40,132 nucleotides of DNA from an uncultured Kiloniellaceae bacterium (lineage in GTDB: Bacteria > Pseudomonadota > Alphaproteobacteria > Kiloniellales > Kiloniellaceae), in assembly GCA_964503295.1 (NCBI GenBank), contig CAZDBC010000001.1, positions 5,872 through 46,003 of the forward strand, in the 5' to 3' direction. The notes beneath the pieces were generated by a model. It saw only the letters and a list, made by a program, of their open reading frames with translations, ran no database searches and was not told the origin of the DNA. Shown piece by piece: positions 31,555-38,755 of this stretch. The translations under genes were made by a program, and so were the position numbers. Within the stretch, counting starts at the first letter, position 1, and each line of letters opens with the position of its first letter.

Positions 31555-32199
31555 ATGACTGAGAAAGTGAACTTTGAGACCAACGTCCCCGCCGTCCTCG
31601 CTCTCGCCTACGACGACGGCATCGAAGTGCAGGGCAGGTACGGCGACCAGGTCATGTACACCGTCCGCTGCGAGGACGGCCAGGAGCGCCGGCTCTATGT
31701 GCCAACCCACGTGCGCATCATGCTCGAGCGCGCCGGCATCGGCAAGGACACCCCTTTCCGGATCGGCAAGTTCGAGGTCAAAAAAGGCCTCCGCAAGGGT
31801 GTGGAGTGGAAGGTGCAGCCGCTCGAACCCGAGGAACCCGCCACGCCAGCACAGCAGAACGGGAACCCCGGATCCAGTGATCAGCGCTCTGATCGCTCCC
31901 AGTCTACCCGGCCCGCGCCGCCGGCGTCACCCCCGCGCCCCGTCGCGCAGCAGCCGGAGCCGCGGGAGATCCCGCCAGCCCGGCAGCCCGCTACCGAACG
32001 GCCGCAGACGCCGATCCCCTTCGCCGGACGCCAGGACGGCCAGTACATCCTCTCCGGCCTGGTGAACATGATCGACATCTGCGCGGCCGCCGAGCAGTAC
32101 GCGCGGGCGAAAGGCATGGAGATCCGCTTCGCCGCCGAGGACATCCGCGCCCTCGCCATCACCTGCTACATTCAGCAGGCTCGCGGAGGCGCCCGGTGA
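31555..32199 (+). CDS. Hypothetical early protein: beta-rich N-domain, Pro-rich linker, helical C-domain (214 aa)
   Basis: I prefer ATG 31555, which has an RBS, over the track start at 31513. It is the first gene of the operon that contains the Cas4-like nuclease. An SSB/annealase role is only a positional guess. Confidence 0.55.
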   Translation: MTEKVNFETNVPAVLALAYDDGIEVQGRYGDQVMYTVRCEDGQERRLYVPTHVRIMLERAGIGKDTPFRIGKFEVKKGLRKGVEWKVQPLEPEEPATPAQQNGNPGSSDQRSDRSQSTRPAPPASPPRPVAQQPEPREIPPARQPATERPQTPIPFAGRQDGQYILSGLVNMIDICAAAEQYARAKGMEIRFAAEDIRALAITCYIQQARGGAR

Positions 32200-32408
32200 C
32201 GCCGTCCGGCGAGCTGCTCACCGTTCGCTCCGTCACTCTCCACTCGGGCGAGACGGTCGCGAATAACCAACGCCTGTCCGCCGCTTTCCAGGAGGCGGCG
32301 GAGGAGGGGCTCCAGTTGCGCAACCGCATCATCGTTCGCGGACCGCGCGGCGTGGTCAACGTCTACCCCGTCTTTGCCTTGTCCCCCGCCGTGGAGGCCG
32401 TCCAATGA
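32196..32408 (+). CDS. Hypothetical protein (70 aa)
   Basis: A GTGA overlap joins it to the upstream gene. Confidence 0.4.
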   Translation: MTPSGELLTVRSVTLHSGETVANNQRLSAAFQEAAEEGLQLRNRIIVRGPRGVVNVYPVFALSPAVEAVQ

Positions 32409-32500
32409 CGCCCCGGCGGCAACTGATCGCTGATTGGGCGTGGGCCATCGCGGCCTTCGCTTTCGTCTACGTCATCATCGTCGTGGTGATGCAGGATTAG
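32405..32500 (+). CDS. Possible 31-aa membrane peptide
   Basis: The sequence is 'MTPRRQLIADWAWAIAAFAFVYVIIVVVMQD'. An ATGA overlap joins it upstream, and it ends 10 nt before the next gene. Confidence 0.3.
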   Translation: MTPRRQLIADWAWAIAAFAFVYVIIVVVMQD

Positions 32501-32510
32501 GAGATACAAA

Positions 32511-33455
32511 ATGTTTACCAACTCAACCTTCAGCGACGCGGTTAAGCGCGTCCTGGATTTCGCGAACGGACAGAATGGAAAAGTCATGAGCGAACCAACC
32601 TCGCAACCCACGAACGGCCACCCGCAGCCGCCCACGCGGATCCCCGAGGGACCGTCCATCGAGACCGTCGCCTCGGCCGCCTGCTCGGCGGCAGAGGTTC
32701 TGAGCCCGAGCCAAGTCAACTGCTGGCTCGATTGCCCCGCCAAGTGGTACTACCGCTACCAGGTGCGCTTGCCGGAAATCCGCAATAGCAACTTGGGACT
32801 CGGCACGGCGGTCGACGAGGCGCTAGCCTGGCAGTTCAGCGAGAAGGCGCGCACTCGCGAGGACAAGCCGGCGTCAGAAGTCCAAGAAGCATTCGACCAC
32901 TACTGGGCGGAACAGGCCGCGGAAGTCGAATTCGCCTCGGAGGATGACCCCGAGCAGCTCCGTCGCCTTGGCCGCGCGCTGGTCGAGCGCTACATGGAGG
33001 AGCTCGCTCCGGACGTACAGCCAGCGCTGATCGATGGCGCGCCTGCGGTACAGCACAAAGTCGCGGGCGAGATCGCCGGCGTCAAGGTGCATGGCTACAT
33101 CGATGTAGTAACCGAGGACGGTGTCGTCATCGATTTGAAGACCGCAGGCCGGAAACCCGGGCAGATGTCGATCGACTATCGGCTGCAGCTCACCACCTAC
33201 GACATCCTGTGCGCGCACTCCCGCGGCCAGGCCCGCCTTGAATACATGATCAAGACGAAGATCCCGAAAACTCACCGGCAGTCGATCGACATCGGCGTCG
33301 CCGATATCAAGTTCGCTGAATCGGTGTACCCGATGGCTCAGGAGGGCATGCGCGACGGGCTGTATCCGCCGCGGCGCAACTCGAACCTCTGCTCACGCAA
33401 GTACTGCTCATTCTGGCAACGGTGTGAAGAGGACTTCGGAGGGACCGTCGAATGA
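32511..33455 (+). CDS. PD-(D/E)xK exonuclease of the Cas4/RecB type with Cys4 (Fe-S) arrangement
   Basis: 314 aa, with an AGGAG RBS. There is an N-terminal Cys in 'VNCWLDCPAKWYYRY', the core 'HGYIDVVTEDGVVIDLKT', 'QLTTY', and a C-terminal 'CSRKYCSFWQRC' cluster. Confidence 0.7.
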   Translation: MFTNSTFSDAVKRVLDFANGQNGKVMSEPTSQPTNGHPQPPTRIPEGPSIETVASAACSAAEVLSPSQVNCWLDCPAKWYYRYQVRLPEIRNSNLGLGTAVDEALAWQFSEKARTREDKPASEVQEAFDHYWAEQAAEVEFASEDDPEQLRRLGRALVERYMEELAPDVQPALIDGAPAVQHKVAGEIAGVKVHGYIDVVTEDGVVIDLKTAGRKPGQMSIDYRLQLTTYDILCAHSRGQARLEYMIKTKIPKTHRQSIDIGVADIKFAESVYPMAQEGMRDGLYPPRRNSNLCSRKYCSFWQRCEEDFGGTVE

Positions 33456-33691
33456 CTAAGATCACCCGCGACGGGAAAGGCGCCGTGCGCCGTGAGACGG
33501 CAGTCATCGACCCTGCCACCGGCCAGCCGATCTGCATCGAACTCGGCCCGAACTACCTCACGATTTGGATCAAGGGACGGCGCACAAAATATCCCCTCCC
33601 CGTGCTGTCCGCCTACCAGCGCGCGGCCAAGGCCGCGGCGGACTACGAGGATCCGCCACGGGACACCCGCCGCCGGCGCTGGCGCCGCTGA
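33452..33691 (+). CDS. Hypothetical protein (79 aa)
   Basis: An ATGA overlap joins it upstream. It has a basic C-terminus and is the last gene before the terminator. Confidence 0.45.
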   Translation: MTKITRDGKGAVRRETAVIDPATGQPICIELGPNYLTIWIKGRRTKYPLPVLSAYQRAAKAAADYEDPPRDTRRRRWRR

Positions 33692-33721
33692 CCACCCACC
33701 ACCGCACGCTGCCTGCTACGG

Positions 33722-33754
33722 CCCCGGGCTTTATCGCCCGGGGTTTTCTTCTTT
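33722..33754 (+). terminator. Rho-independent terminator
   Basis: The stem is 'ccccgggc'/'gcccgggg' (8 bp) with loop 'tttatc'. A 'ttttcttcttt' tract follows. It starts 31 nt after the stop at 33691. Confidence 0.7.
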
Positions 33755-33805
33755 GTGCCCCGGCCGCGGAGAACAAGAGGCGAAACTGGAGGTGTGGACT
33801 CCCTC

Positions 33806-33831
33806 CCCCAAAAAGACCGACCTTTTTGGGG
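33806..33831 (+). other. 10-bp stem-loop CCCCAAAAAG-accgac-CTTTTTGGGG
   Basis: A perfect inverted repeat in the noncoding gap. Its function is unknown. Confidence 0.35.
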
Positions 33832-33879
33832 AGGTTTCGGGGGCGCATTCTTTAATACTTCTATATAAACTGTGTGATC

Positions 33880-33941
33880 TGAACTCTGGATCGGAGCAAC
33901 CTCTGAACTCGGGTTCATAGGTACCCCTGAACCTGAGTTCA
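33880..33941. repeat. Three TGAAC-N4-GTTCA-type sites phased exactly 24 bp apart
   Basis: The sites are 33880 'TGAACTCTGGATCG' (degenerate), 33904 'TGAACTCGGGTTCA' and 33928 'TGAACCTGAGTTCA'. A/T-rich DNA flanks the array on both sides. Confidence 0.6.
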
Positions 33942-34032
33942 GATGATTTCATTTTTGGGTTGCGCTTGGGGGTGCTTTTGGAATATAAACGAAACTACGC
34001 GGATTCACTTTTCGGACTCATCCGAAACTGAA

Positions 34033-34054
34033 AGGCCCCGGTGTTAACCGGGGC
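34033..34054. other. GC stem-loop GGCCCCGG-tgttaa-CCGGGGCC
   Basis: A perfect 8-9 bp stem in the noncoding gap, with A-rich sequence downstream on the plus strand. Its role is unclear. Confidence 0.3.
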
Positions 34055-34248
34055 CTCCCAAGAAAAATCCGCCGTGGAAAGGCGAAAAACTAAGCAAGTG
34101 GCTTCAGATTACCACCATCGAACACAGATAGCAAGCCGCACTTTCGCGATTTCCTCGGCCTTTTCTCCGCGTAGAAAGAGGAGAACATAAGGCGAATGCA
34201 AGTTGACGAGAAATATGTATTATCGGATGTTCGAAGGGGGGCACTCTG

Positions 34249-35307
34249 ATGGCCGCCTCCGCAACAGCCCCTTCACCCACCCCTGGCGCATTCATCATGA
34301 TGCCGGCGGGGTTCTTCAGACAGGACGCTCAAAAGCTCACACGCGCACAGATCATCATCTACGGACTCGTCGTCGGCGAAACGGTGAGTGCGCCGCGACC
34401 AAAAGGCGACCGGCCGCGCGAGTGGAGTCGGCCGTTACCCAAGCGCGAGTTTGCTGCAGCGGCCGGCGTGAGCCTTCGGCACATCGAAGACGAGTTGGCC
34501 TTCCTGGTTGGCGCCGGCGTGATCCAACAGCGAGGCGACCGCGGCGCGCCACTGCAGTACAAGACCAACCCGCGTAAACTCGCTCAGTTGCCGCCACTCG
34601 AACGGCGCACCGTCGATCGGGATGATGAGCCCGAAGAGGAGGAGACACCGAAGCCGCCGAAAGAGATGGCGGCGAAGATCGAGTGCCCGTTGGCCTCGGT
34701 CCGTGAACACGGCGGCTGTCCCGTCTCGCTACTGGTACGCATTGATGGCGTCTTGACCAACGTCGGCTGCGGTGAATCACCCGGCGACTCCATTAGCCCG
34801 CACCCACCCCCTCCCTCTCAGAAGTTATCTCAGCAAAATCAACAACTTCAAGTGGAACCTATGAACTCCAGTTCATATGTTTCGGGTCCTGTGGGCGAAA
34901 ATGGGACCAAGGAAAAAGGTGTTCCTTGTGGAAATGGTAAGGTCCTTAAAAAACAACAAGTTAAGTCGTCACCTATGAACTCCAGTTCATATGTCGCCGG
35001 CAAACCGAACGCAGAAGGCTTCGCTGAGTTCATGGACGCGGCGCAACAGATCGGGATCAGCGGCTCGAGCGTCGATTGGGGGGAGGCTCAAACAGCTTGG
35101 AAGCGGCTGAGCGTGCCGGAGCGCCTCACGGCCGTAGCCGGACTTAGAGAGCGTCTCAATGCACCGTCTGACCCCGCCCGGAAGGCCCTACCGCAAAACT
35201 ACTTGCTGCGGCGGATGTGGGAGCGGCAGGTGAGGCGCGAGACGAACCGGGCCGCCAGCCGCGACGAGGCTTTCAAAAACGCATGGGCAGAGAGGGGGCG
35301 TCGATGA
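34249..35307 (+). CDS. Candidate replication initiator (N-terminal wHTH) carrying an origin-like structure in its linker
   Basis: 352 aa. 'LTRAQIIIYGLVV...REFAAAAGVSLRHIEDELAFLVGAGVIQQRGD' looks like a winged helix. The linker region encodes 'PMNSSSYV' twice because of two 24-bp palindromic repeats flanking an A/T-rich stretch. The layout parallels lambda O/ori. Confidence 0.5.
   Translation: MAASATAPSPTPGAFIMMPAGFFRQDAQKLTRAQIIIYGLVVGETVSAPRPKGDRPREWSRPLPKREFAAAAGVSLRHIEDELAFLVGAGVIQQRGDRGAPLQYKTNPRKLAQLPPLERRTVDRDDEPEEEETPKPPKEMAAKIECPLASVREHGGCPVSLLVRIDGVLTNVGCGESPGDSISPHPPPPSQKLSQQNQQLQVEPMNSSSYVSGPVGENGTKEKGVPCGNGKVLKKQQVKSSPMNSSSYVAGKPNAEGFAEFMDAAQQIGISGSSVDWGEAQTAWKRLSVPERLTAVAGLRERLNAPSDPARKALPQNYLLRRMWERQVRRETNRAASRDEAFKNAWAERGRR
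34857..34994. repeat. Two identical 24-bp repeats (ACCTATGAACTCCAGTTCATATGT), 114 bp start to start, flanking an A/T-rich core
   Basis: The copies lie at 34857-34880 and 34971-34994. Each is an 11+2+11 near-palindrome. The intervening sequence 'gaaaatgggaccaaggaaaaaggtgttccttgtggaaatggtaaggtccttaaaaaacaacaagttaag' is clearly A/T-enriched. Confidence 0.85.
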
Positions 35308-35849
35308 GTGCGCTCAGCAAGGAAGCTATCCTCGATACCTGCCATGCGTTTTTGACGCTCAGGGACTTCCCACGCGATGAAACGGCATGGGTCTTCCTGG
35401 GCGAACTCCTCGAAGACGTTTGCGCATCCGAGGACGAACTGGATGCGCTCCGGTGTCACATCATCGAGCACTGGGATTTCTGGCTGGGACCGGCGTCATT
35501 ACGCAAGGCGGCGAGCCGTCTCGCCTGCCGGCGGCGCGAGGATGCCGCGGCTTCCCTACCCCGACCCCCACTGCGCATTGACTGTCGGCTCTGCAGCGAC
35601 ACGGGCATCGTCGACGGCGATCGCTGCTCTTGCGAATTCGGCGAGTCGCTCGATGATCGATTCGTCGCTTTGTGCCGACAGTCCGCCGAACGCCAGCGGC
35701 AAATGACCCGTCGCGCGGCGACCAGGCAGGCCGCGGAGGCCGAAGTAGCGGCGATTTCGAGCCAGATGCGTGAAGCGCAAGAACGAAAGCGCTTGCGCGA
35801 GTTGGACTCTCACTGGAGCGCCGACGAGAAGGGAGGATTCGGAGCATGA
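35304..35849 (+). CDS. Hypothetical protein (181 aa) with a Cys cluster; possible replication accessory protein by position
   Basis: I take internal ATG 35304, which forms an ATGA overlap with the initiator stop. The Cys cluster is 'CRLCSDTGIVDGDRCSCEFG'. Confidence 0.5.
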   Translation: MSALSKEAILDTCHAFLTLRDFPRDETAWVFLGELLEDVCASEDELDALRCHIIEHWDFWLGPASLRKAASRLACRRREDAAASLPRPPLRIDCRLCSDTGIVDGDRCSCEFGESLDDRFVALCRQSAERQRQMTRRAATRQAAEAEVAAISSQMREAQERKRLRELDSHWSADEKGGFGA

Positions 35850-36070
35850 GCGCGACTCCCGATGTCTGTCAGGTGTGTGGCTGCACGTGGGATCGGGCGT
35901 GTCCGGGCGGCTGCGCCTGGGCGAATGCGGAGCGTACCCTTTGCACCGCCTGCGCGGATCCCTCGGGCTTCCCCATCGACTTGCTCGGCCTGGTGCTGCT
36001 TAACGGTGGCCGGGTGATGTTTGCCGATGCAGCCGAATTGAGAGAGGAGGCGGAGCCATGCGAGGAATGA
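35846..36070 (+). CDS. Cys-rich small protein (74 aa)
   Basis: 'CQVCGCTWDRACPGGCAWANAERTLCTAC' is a recurrent Cys pattern in prophage early regions. An ATGA overlap joins it upstream. Confidence 0.5.
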   Translation: MSATPDVCQVCGCTWDRACPGGCAWANAERTLCTACADPSGFPIDLLGLVLLNGGRVMFADAAELREEAEPCEE

Positions 36071-36345
36071 TCGACGTCTCTGACGAGCAAATCGAGGTAG
36101 TGACACGCCTCTATCACTTGCTTCGGGCCCGGCGATTGCCTCCGGTGTATATCGACCGTGGTCGCATCGAGATGGAGACCGTGCCCGGCTGCAGGCGGCG
36201 AGTGTCCTGGATCCAGGCGCGACGCCTGGCTGCTGGTGAGCCTGTCGATGATGTCTTTGCGCCGCGGGCGGCGTGCAGGCCCCGCCGGGACGATTGGCGG
36301 ATCCGGCGAGCTGAGTATTTACGGGCAACGGGCCGGCGAGCCTGA
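36058..36345 (+). CDS. Hypothetical protein (95 aa; alternative start 36067)
   Basis: Track ORF. The ATG at 36067 would form an ATGA overlap with the upstream stop. Confidence 0.45.
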   Translation: MRGMIDVSDEQIEVVTRLYHLLRARRLPPVYIDRGRIEMETVPGCRRRVSWIQARRLAAGEPVDDVFAPRAACRPRRDDWRIRRAEYLRATGRRA

Positions 36346-36357
36346 GGAGGTCTGCTC

Positions 36358-36762
36358 ATGCTACTTGGATTGCAGGACCGATTTGTCCCGCTCGTCGAGA
36401 CTGGCGCGAAGCGCCACTCGATCCGCGCGGGCGAGCGCTGGCGAGCCGGCATGCGTGCAGATCTGTACGCACGTCCCAGGCAGAAGGGGATGCGTTTGAT
36501 CTTCCGTGCGCCGGTCACCCAGGTTGACCGAATACGGATTACCGTGCTCCCACTCAATTGGATTGAGAGATACACCCCATCCCTGCGAGTCTCGATTAAC
36601 GGACAGCCTCTCGATCCGGGCGAGATCGAGCTGCTCGCGCGCTGCGATGGTTTCCCCGAGGGGGCAGACGAAATGGCTGGTTATTGGCGCCGCACGCACG
36701 GGGGGGGCGTGTTCCACGGCCAGATAATCCATTGGGACTTTGAAGCTCGGGAGGTGCACTGA
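36358..36762 (+). CDS. ASCH (PUA-like) domain protein
   Basis: A GAGGAGG RBS precedes the start. 'FVPLVETGAKRHSIRAGERW' matches the ASCH N-terminal 'K.HTIR' pattern. The size (134 aa) fits. Confidence 0.55.
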   Translation: MLLGLQDRFVPLVETGAKRHSIRAGERWRAGMRADLYARPRQKGMRLIFRAPVTQVDRIRITVLPLNWIERYTPSLRVSINGQPLDPGEIELLARCDGFPEGADEMAGYWRRTHGGGVFHGQIIHWDFEAREVH

Positions 36763-37238
36763 TGCCGATCCCTCGTCTTATCCGGAGCAAATTTTATGGC
36801 GCGAGATGGCGGACGGAGGTCCGCCCGCACATCCTCCAGCGCGCGGCACATTGTTGCGAGGCATGCGGTAAGCCAGACAGGACAACGGTGGAAACCTGCA
36901 CCTTCCCGGATGGCTGCGCAACGGGCGGACTCAGGATGGTATGGCGGCGACACTGGACGCTGCCCTGGCGCGATGAGACCGGCCGGCCTGTGACGGCCGT
37001 GCCGCCGGGCACGCATTTTCGAGCGCGCGAAGTAACTGTGGTGCTGACGATCGCCCACTTGAATCACAAACCCGGTGATGACCGACCCGAGAACCTCCGC
37101 GCCTTTTGCCAATGGTGTCATTTGCACTACGACCGCCATCATCACCGCGACACCCGAGCAGCGCGCAAAGATCGCGCGCGCCCACTACTGGCGGCCAGCG
37201 TGGGCCCGGCGTCGCGCAGCGAGGGAGGCTGTGGATGA
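36762..37238 (+). CDS. HNH endonuclease
   Basis: 'CCEACGKPD', '...IAHLNHKPGDDRPENLRAFCQWCHLHYDRHHH' and its spacing give an HNH motif with a Cys4 zinc site. Confidence 0.75.
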   Translation: MPIPRLIRSKFYGARWRTEVRPHILQRAAHCCEACGKPDRTTVETCTFPDGCATGGLRMVWRRHWTLPWRDETGRPVTAVPPGTHFRAREVTVVLTIAHLNHKPGDDRPENLRAFCQWCHLHYDRHHHRDTRAARKDRARPLLAASVGPASRSEGGCG

Positions 37239-37348
37239 GGCCTGAGGAGTGGACGATTATCGAGTGGATAGCCACGGCGATGGCAGCCGGGCTCGGCGGT
37301 TTCCTCGCCGGCTTTGTCGTCGTCGCGGTTCTCCGGAGGCGAGTGTGA
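37235..37348 (+). CDS. Possible 37-aa membrane peptide
   Basis: 'MRPEEWTIIEWIATAMAAGLGGFLAGFVVVAVLRRRV'. An ATGA overlap joins it to the HNH stop. Confidence 0.35.
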   Translation: MRPEEWTIIEWIATAMAAGLGGFLAGFVVVAVLRRRV

Positions 37349-37593
37349 GCTACTACCGTACGCGCCGAAAAATCGGGGCTCCCAAACACCTGCGCTTCGA
37401 GTGGGTGTATTTCGAATTGCCGGGTTCGACCACTGACGCTCAGGAGTTCGCCGCGCGTGAGATCTGGCGAGTCAAGAACACCAGGGCCGTCCTGGTCGAA
37501 CCCGTAAGGGATTGTCCCTGTCCGTCGGACGCAACTCTGGCGGGGCGCGCGAGGGGGGTGAATCTGTGGTTGTCGAAAAGGCTTGCGCTGTGA
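37345..37593 (+). CDS. Hypothetical protein (82 aa, GTG start)
   Basis: A GTGA overlap joins it upstream. The reading frame is that of track ORF 37249..37593. Confidence 0.35.
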   Translation: MSYYRTRRKIGAPKHLRFEWVYFELPGSTTDAQEFAAREIWRVKNTRAVLVEPVRDCPCPSDATLAGRARGVNLWLSKRLAL

Positions 37594-37796
37594 ACGATAA
37601 CTCGATCCCGAATGAGATTGAAGCGGCCGTGCGGCGCGCGGCCAGCGTCGTGGACCGCGTCGCGGAATCCATTGGCCCGCGCGATCTGTCGTGCCTCGTA
37701 TGTGGTGCTCGGCGTCACGCGGCAGTGAGCGAGATCCGTGGATTTCTTGATACGGGGTGGCCGGAATGCTGTAGCCAGACAATGAGGCTGAAGTGA
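37590..37796 (+). CDS. Hypothetical protein (68 aa, GTG start) with Cys pairs
   Basis: A GTGA overlap joins it upstream. The Cys pairs are 'CLVCGARRH...WPECCSQT'. Confidence 0.35.
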   Translation: MNDNSIPNEIEAAVRRAASVVDRVAESIGPRDLSCLVCGARRHAAVSEIRGFLDTGWPECCSQTMRLK

Positions 37797-38107
37797 AGTA
37801 CCGGGTCTACTGCGATGTGATTCTGCGGGCGGAGAGCGATCGCCAGGCGATCGAGATGGCCGCGGCGCTGCTGGCTCGCGGCCAGTACGCGGACTTGGTG
37901 CTCGCCGGCCAGGTGAAGGTTCAGCAGATTAGTTATTCCAACAGAGAGGCCGTGCAGTTCGGCAATGGACATGGAGCGCGAGGCAATCTCGAGGTCACTC
38001 GCGCCAAGATCCCCACGGACCCGGGCGTCCGTGGCGGAACTCAATCCGCGCCTCGAGGCCGATCGGCAGCTAATAAACGAAAGAGCCGGATTAATCCGGT
38101 TCAGTGA
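37793..38107 (+). CDS. Hypothetical protein (104 aa); 3' half uncertain
   Basis: A GTGA overlap joins it upstream. The first ~55 codons have strongly G/C-biased third positions. After about 37965 the overlapping frame of track ORF 37965..38372 looks at least as coding. Confidence 0.35.
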   Translation: MKYRVYCDVILRAESDRQAIEMAAALLARGQYADLVLAGQVKVQQISYSNREAVQFGNGHGARGNLEVTRAKIPTDPGVRGGTQSAPRGRSAANKRKSRINPVQ

Positions 38108-38172
38108 AGCCGCGGCGTCCGTCCCAGCCCGGAAGGGACGGCGCCGCGCACGAAGCCGTGGAAGGAGTGGAA

Positions 38173-38379
38173 GTGGCGGAAGCAATCGCACAAACCCAGG
38201 CGGCCGCCGCGCCGCGCGCGCTGGATCCCAACCAGGTGCCGGTCGTCGGACAGTGTCTGTTCCTGCGGGCTGCAAGCGGCAAGGTCTTCGTCGCCCGCGT
38301 CACCAGCGTCGCAGTGGAAGGCACGATCGCCCGGGTCGCGCTCGCCCCAACAGGAGGATACGAACGTGCTGAAGCGTGA
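38173..38379 (+). CDS. Hypothetical protein (68 aa from GTG 38173)
   Basis: A GGAAGGAG RBS lies upstream. Third positions are strongly G/C-biased through to the stop. Confidence 0.45.
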   Translation: MAEAIAQTQAAAAPRALDPNQVPVVGQCLFLRAASGKVFVARVTSVAVEGTIARVALAPTGGYERAEA

Positions 38380-38755
38380 GCCTCTCGACATCGATCCCAT
38401 CCTCGCGCGCGCTAACGCGGCCACGCCGGGTCCGTGGGTGCGCTGGGAGACGCTCCTGATTCTAGGCAAGATCCGGCTGGAGGGAGTCTATGGTGTGGTC
38501 CACAAAAGCCACATCGCGATTTCAGTTGACGAAGGTGGAGGCTTAACTGAGGAGCAGCTCTATTCGATCCTTGATCCGGATGAGAACTTCGACGATTACG
38601 ACAAGGGCGACCTGGCAGTTATCGAGCAGATTCAGAAAGCGAGGAATCTGGAGTTTTGCGCGCACGCGCGCGTCGACGTGCCGGCTCTCTGCGGGGAGAT
38701 CGTGTATCTCCGGCAGGGAGTCACGGAGTTAGAGCACGGAGGGACAAAACAGTGA
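38366..38755 (+). CDS. Ead/Ea22-like protein
   Basis: 'ILARANAATPGPW' is the motif I associate with the Ea22-like family. Length is 129 aa. Confidence 0.45.
   Translation: MLKREPLDIDPILARANAATPGPWVRWETLLILGKIRLEGVYGVVHKSHIAISVDEGGGLTEEQLYSILDPDENFDDYDKGDLAVIEQIQKARNLEFCAHARVDVPALCGEIVYLRQGVTELEHGGTKQ

Noticed and set aside
33942-34046. 34-codon plus-strand ORF (MISFLGCAWGCFWNINETTRIHFSDSSETERPRC) in the noncoding gap
   Set aside because: It has no RBS and starts inside the palindrome array. It is more likely noncoding origin or operator DNA.
33731-35033. Minus-strand ORFs 33731..33952 and 34848..35033, with repeated 'EPEFRG'/'TYELEFIG' peptides
   Set aside because: The peptide repeats are mirror images of the TGAAC-N4-GTTCA palindromes. 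There is no RBS and no supporting gene context.
36931-37782. 283-aa minus-strand ORF opposite the HNH gene and following genes
   Set aside because: Its composition is Arg/Pro/Ser/Gly-rich. It is antisense to a chain of plus-strand genes linked by ATGA/GTGA overlaps, including a clear HNH motif.
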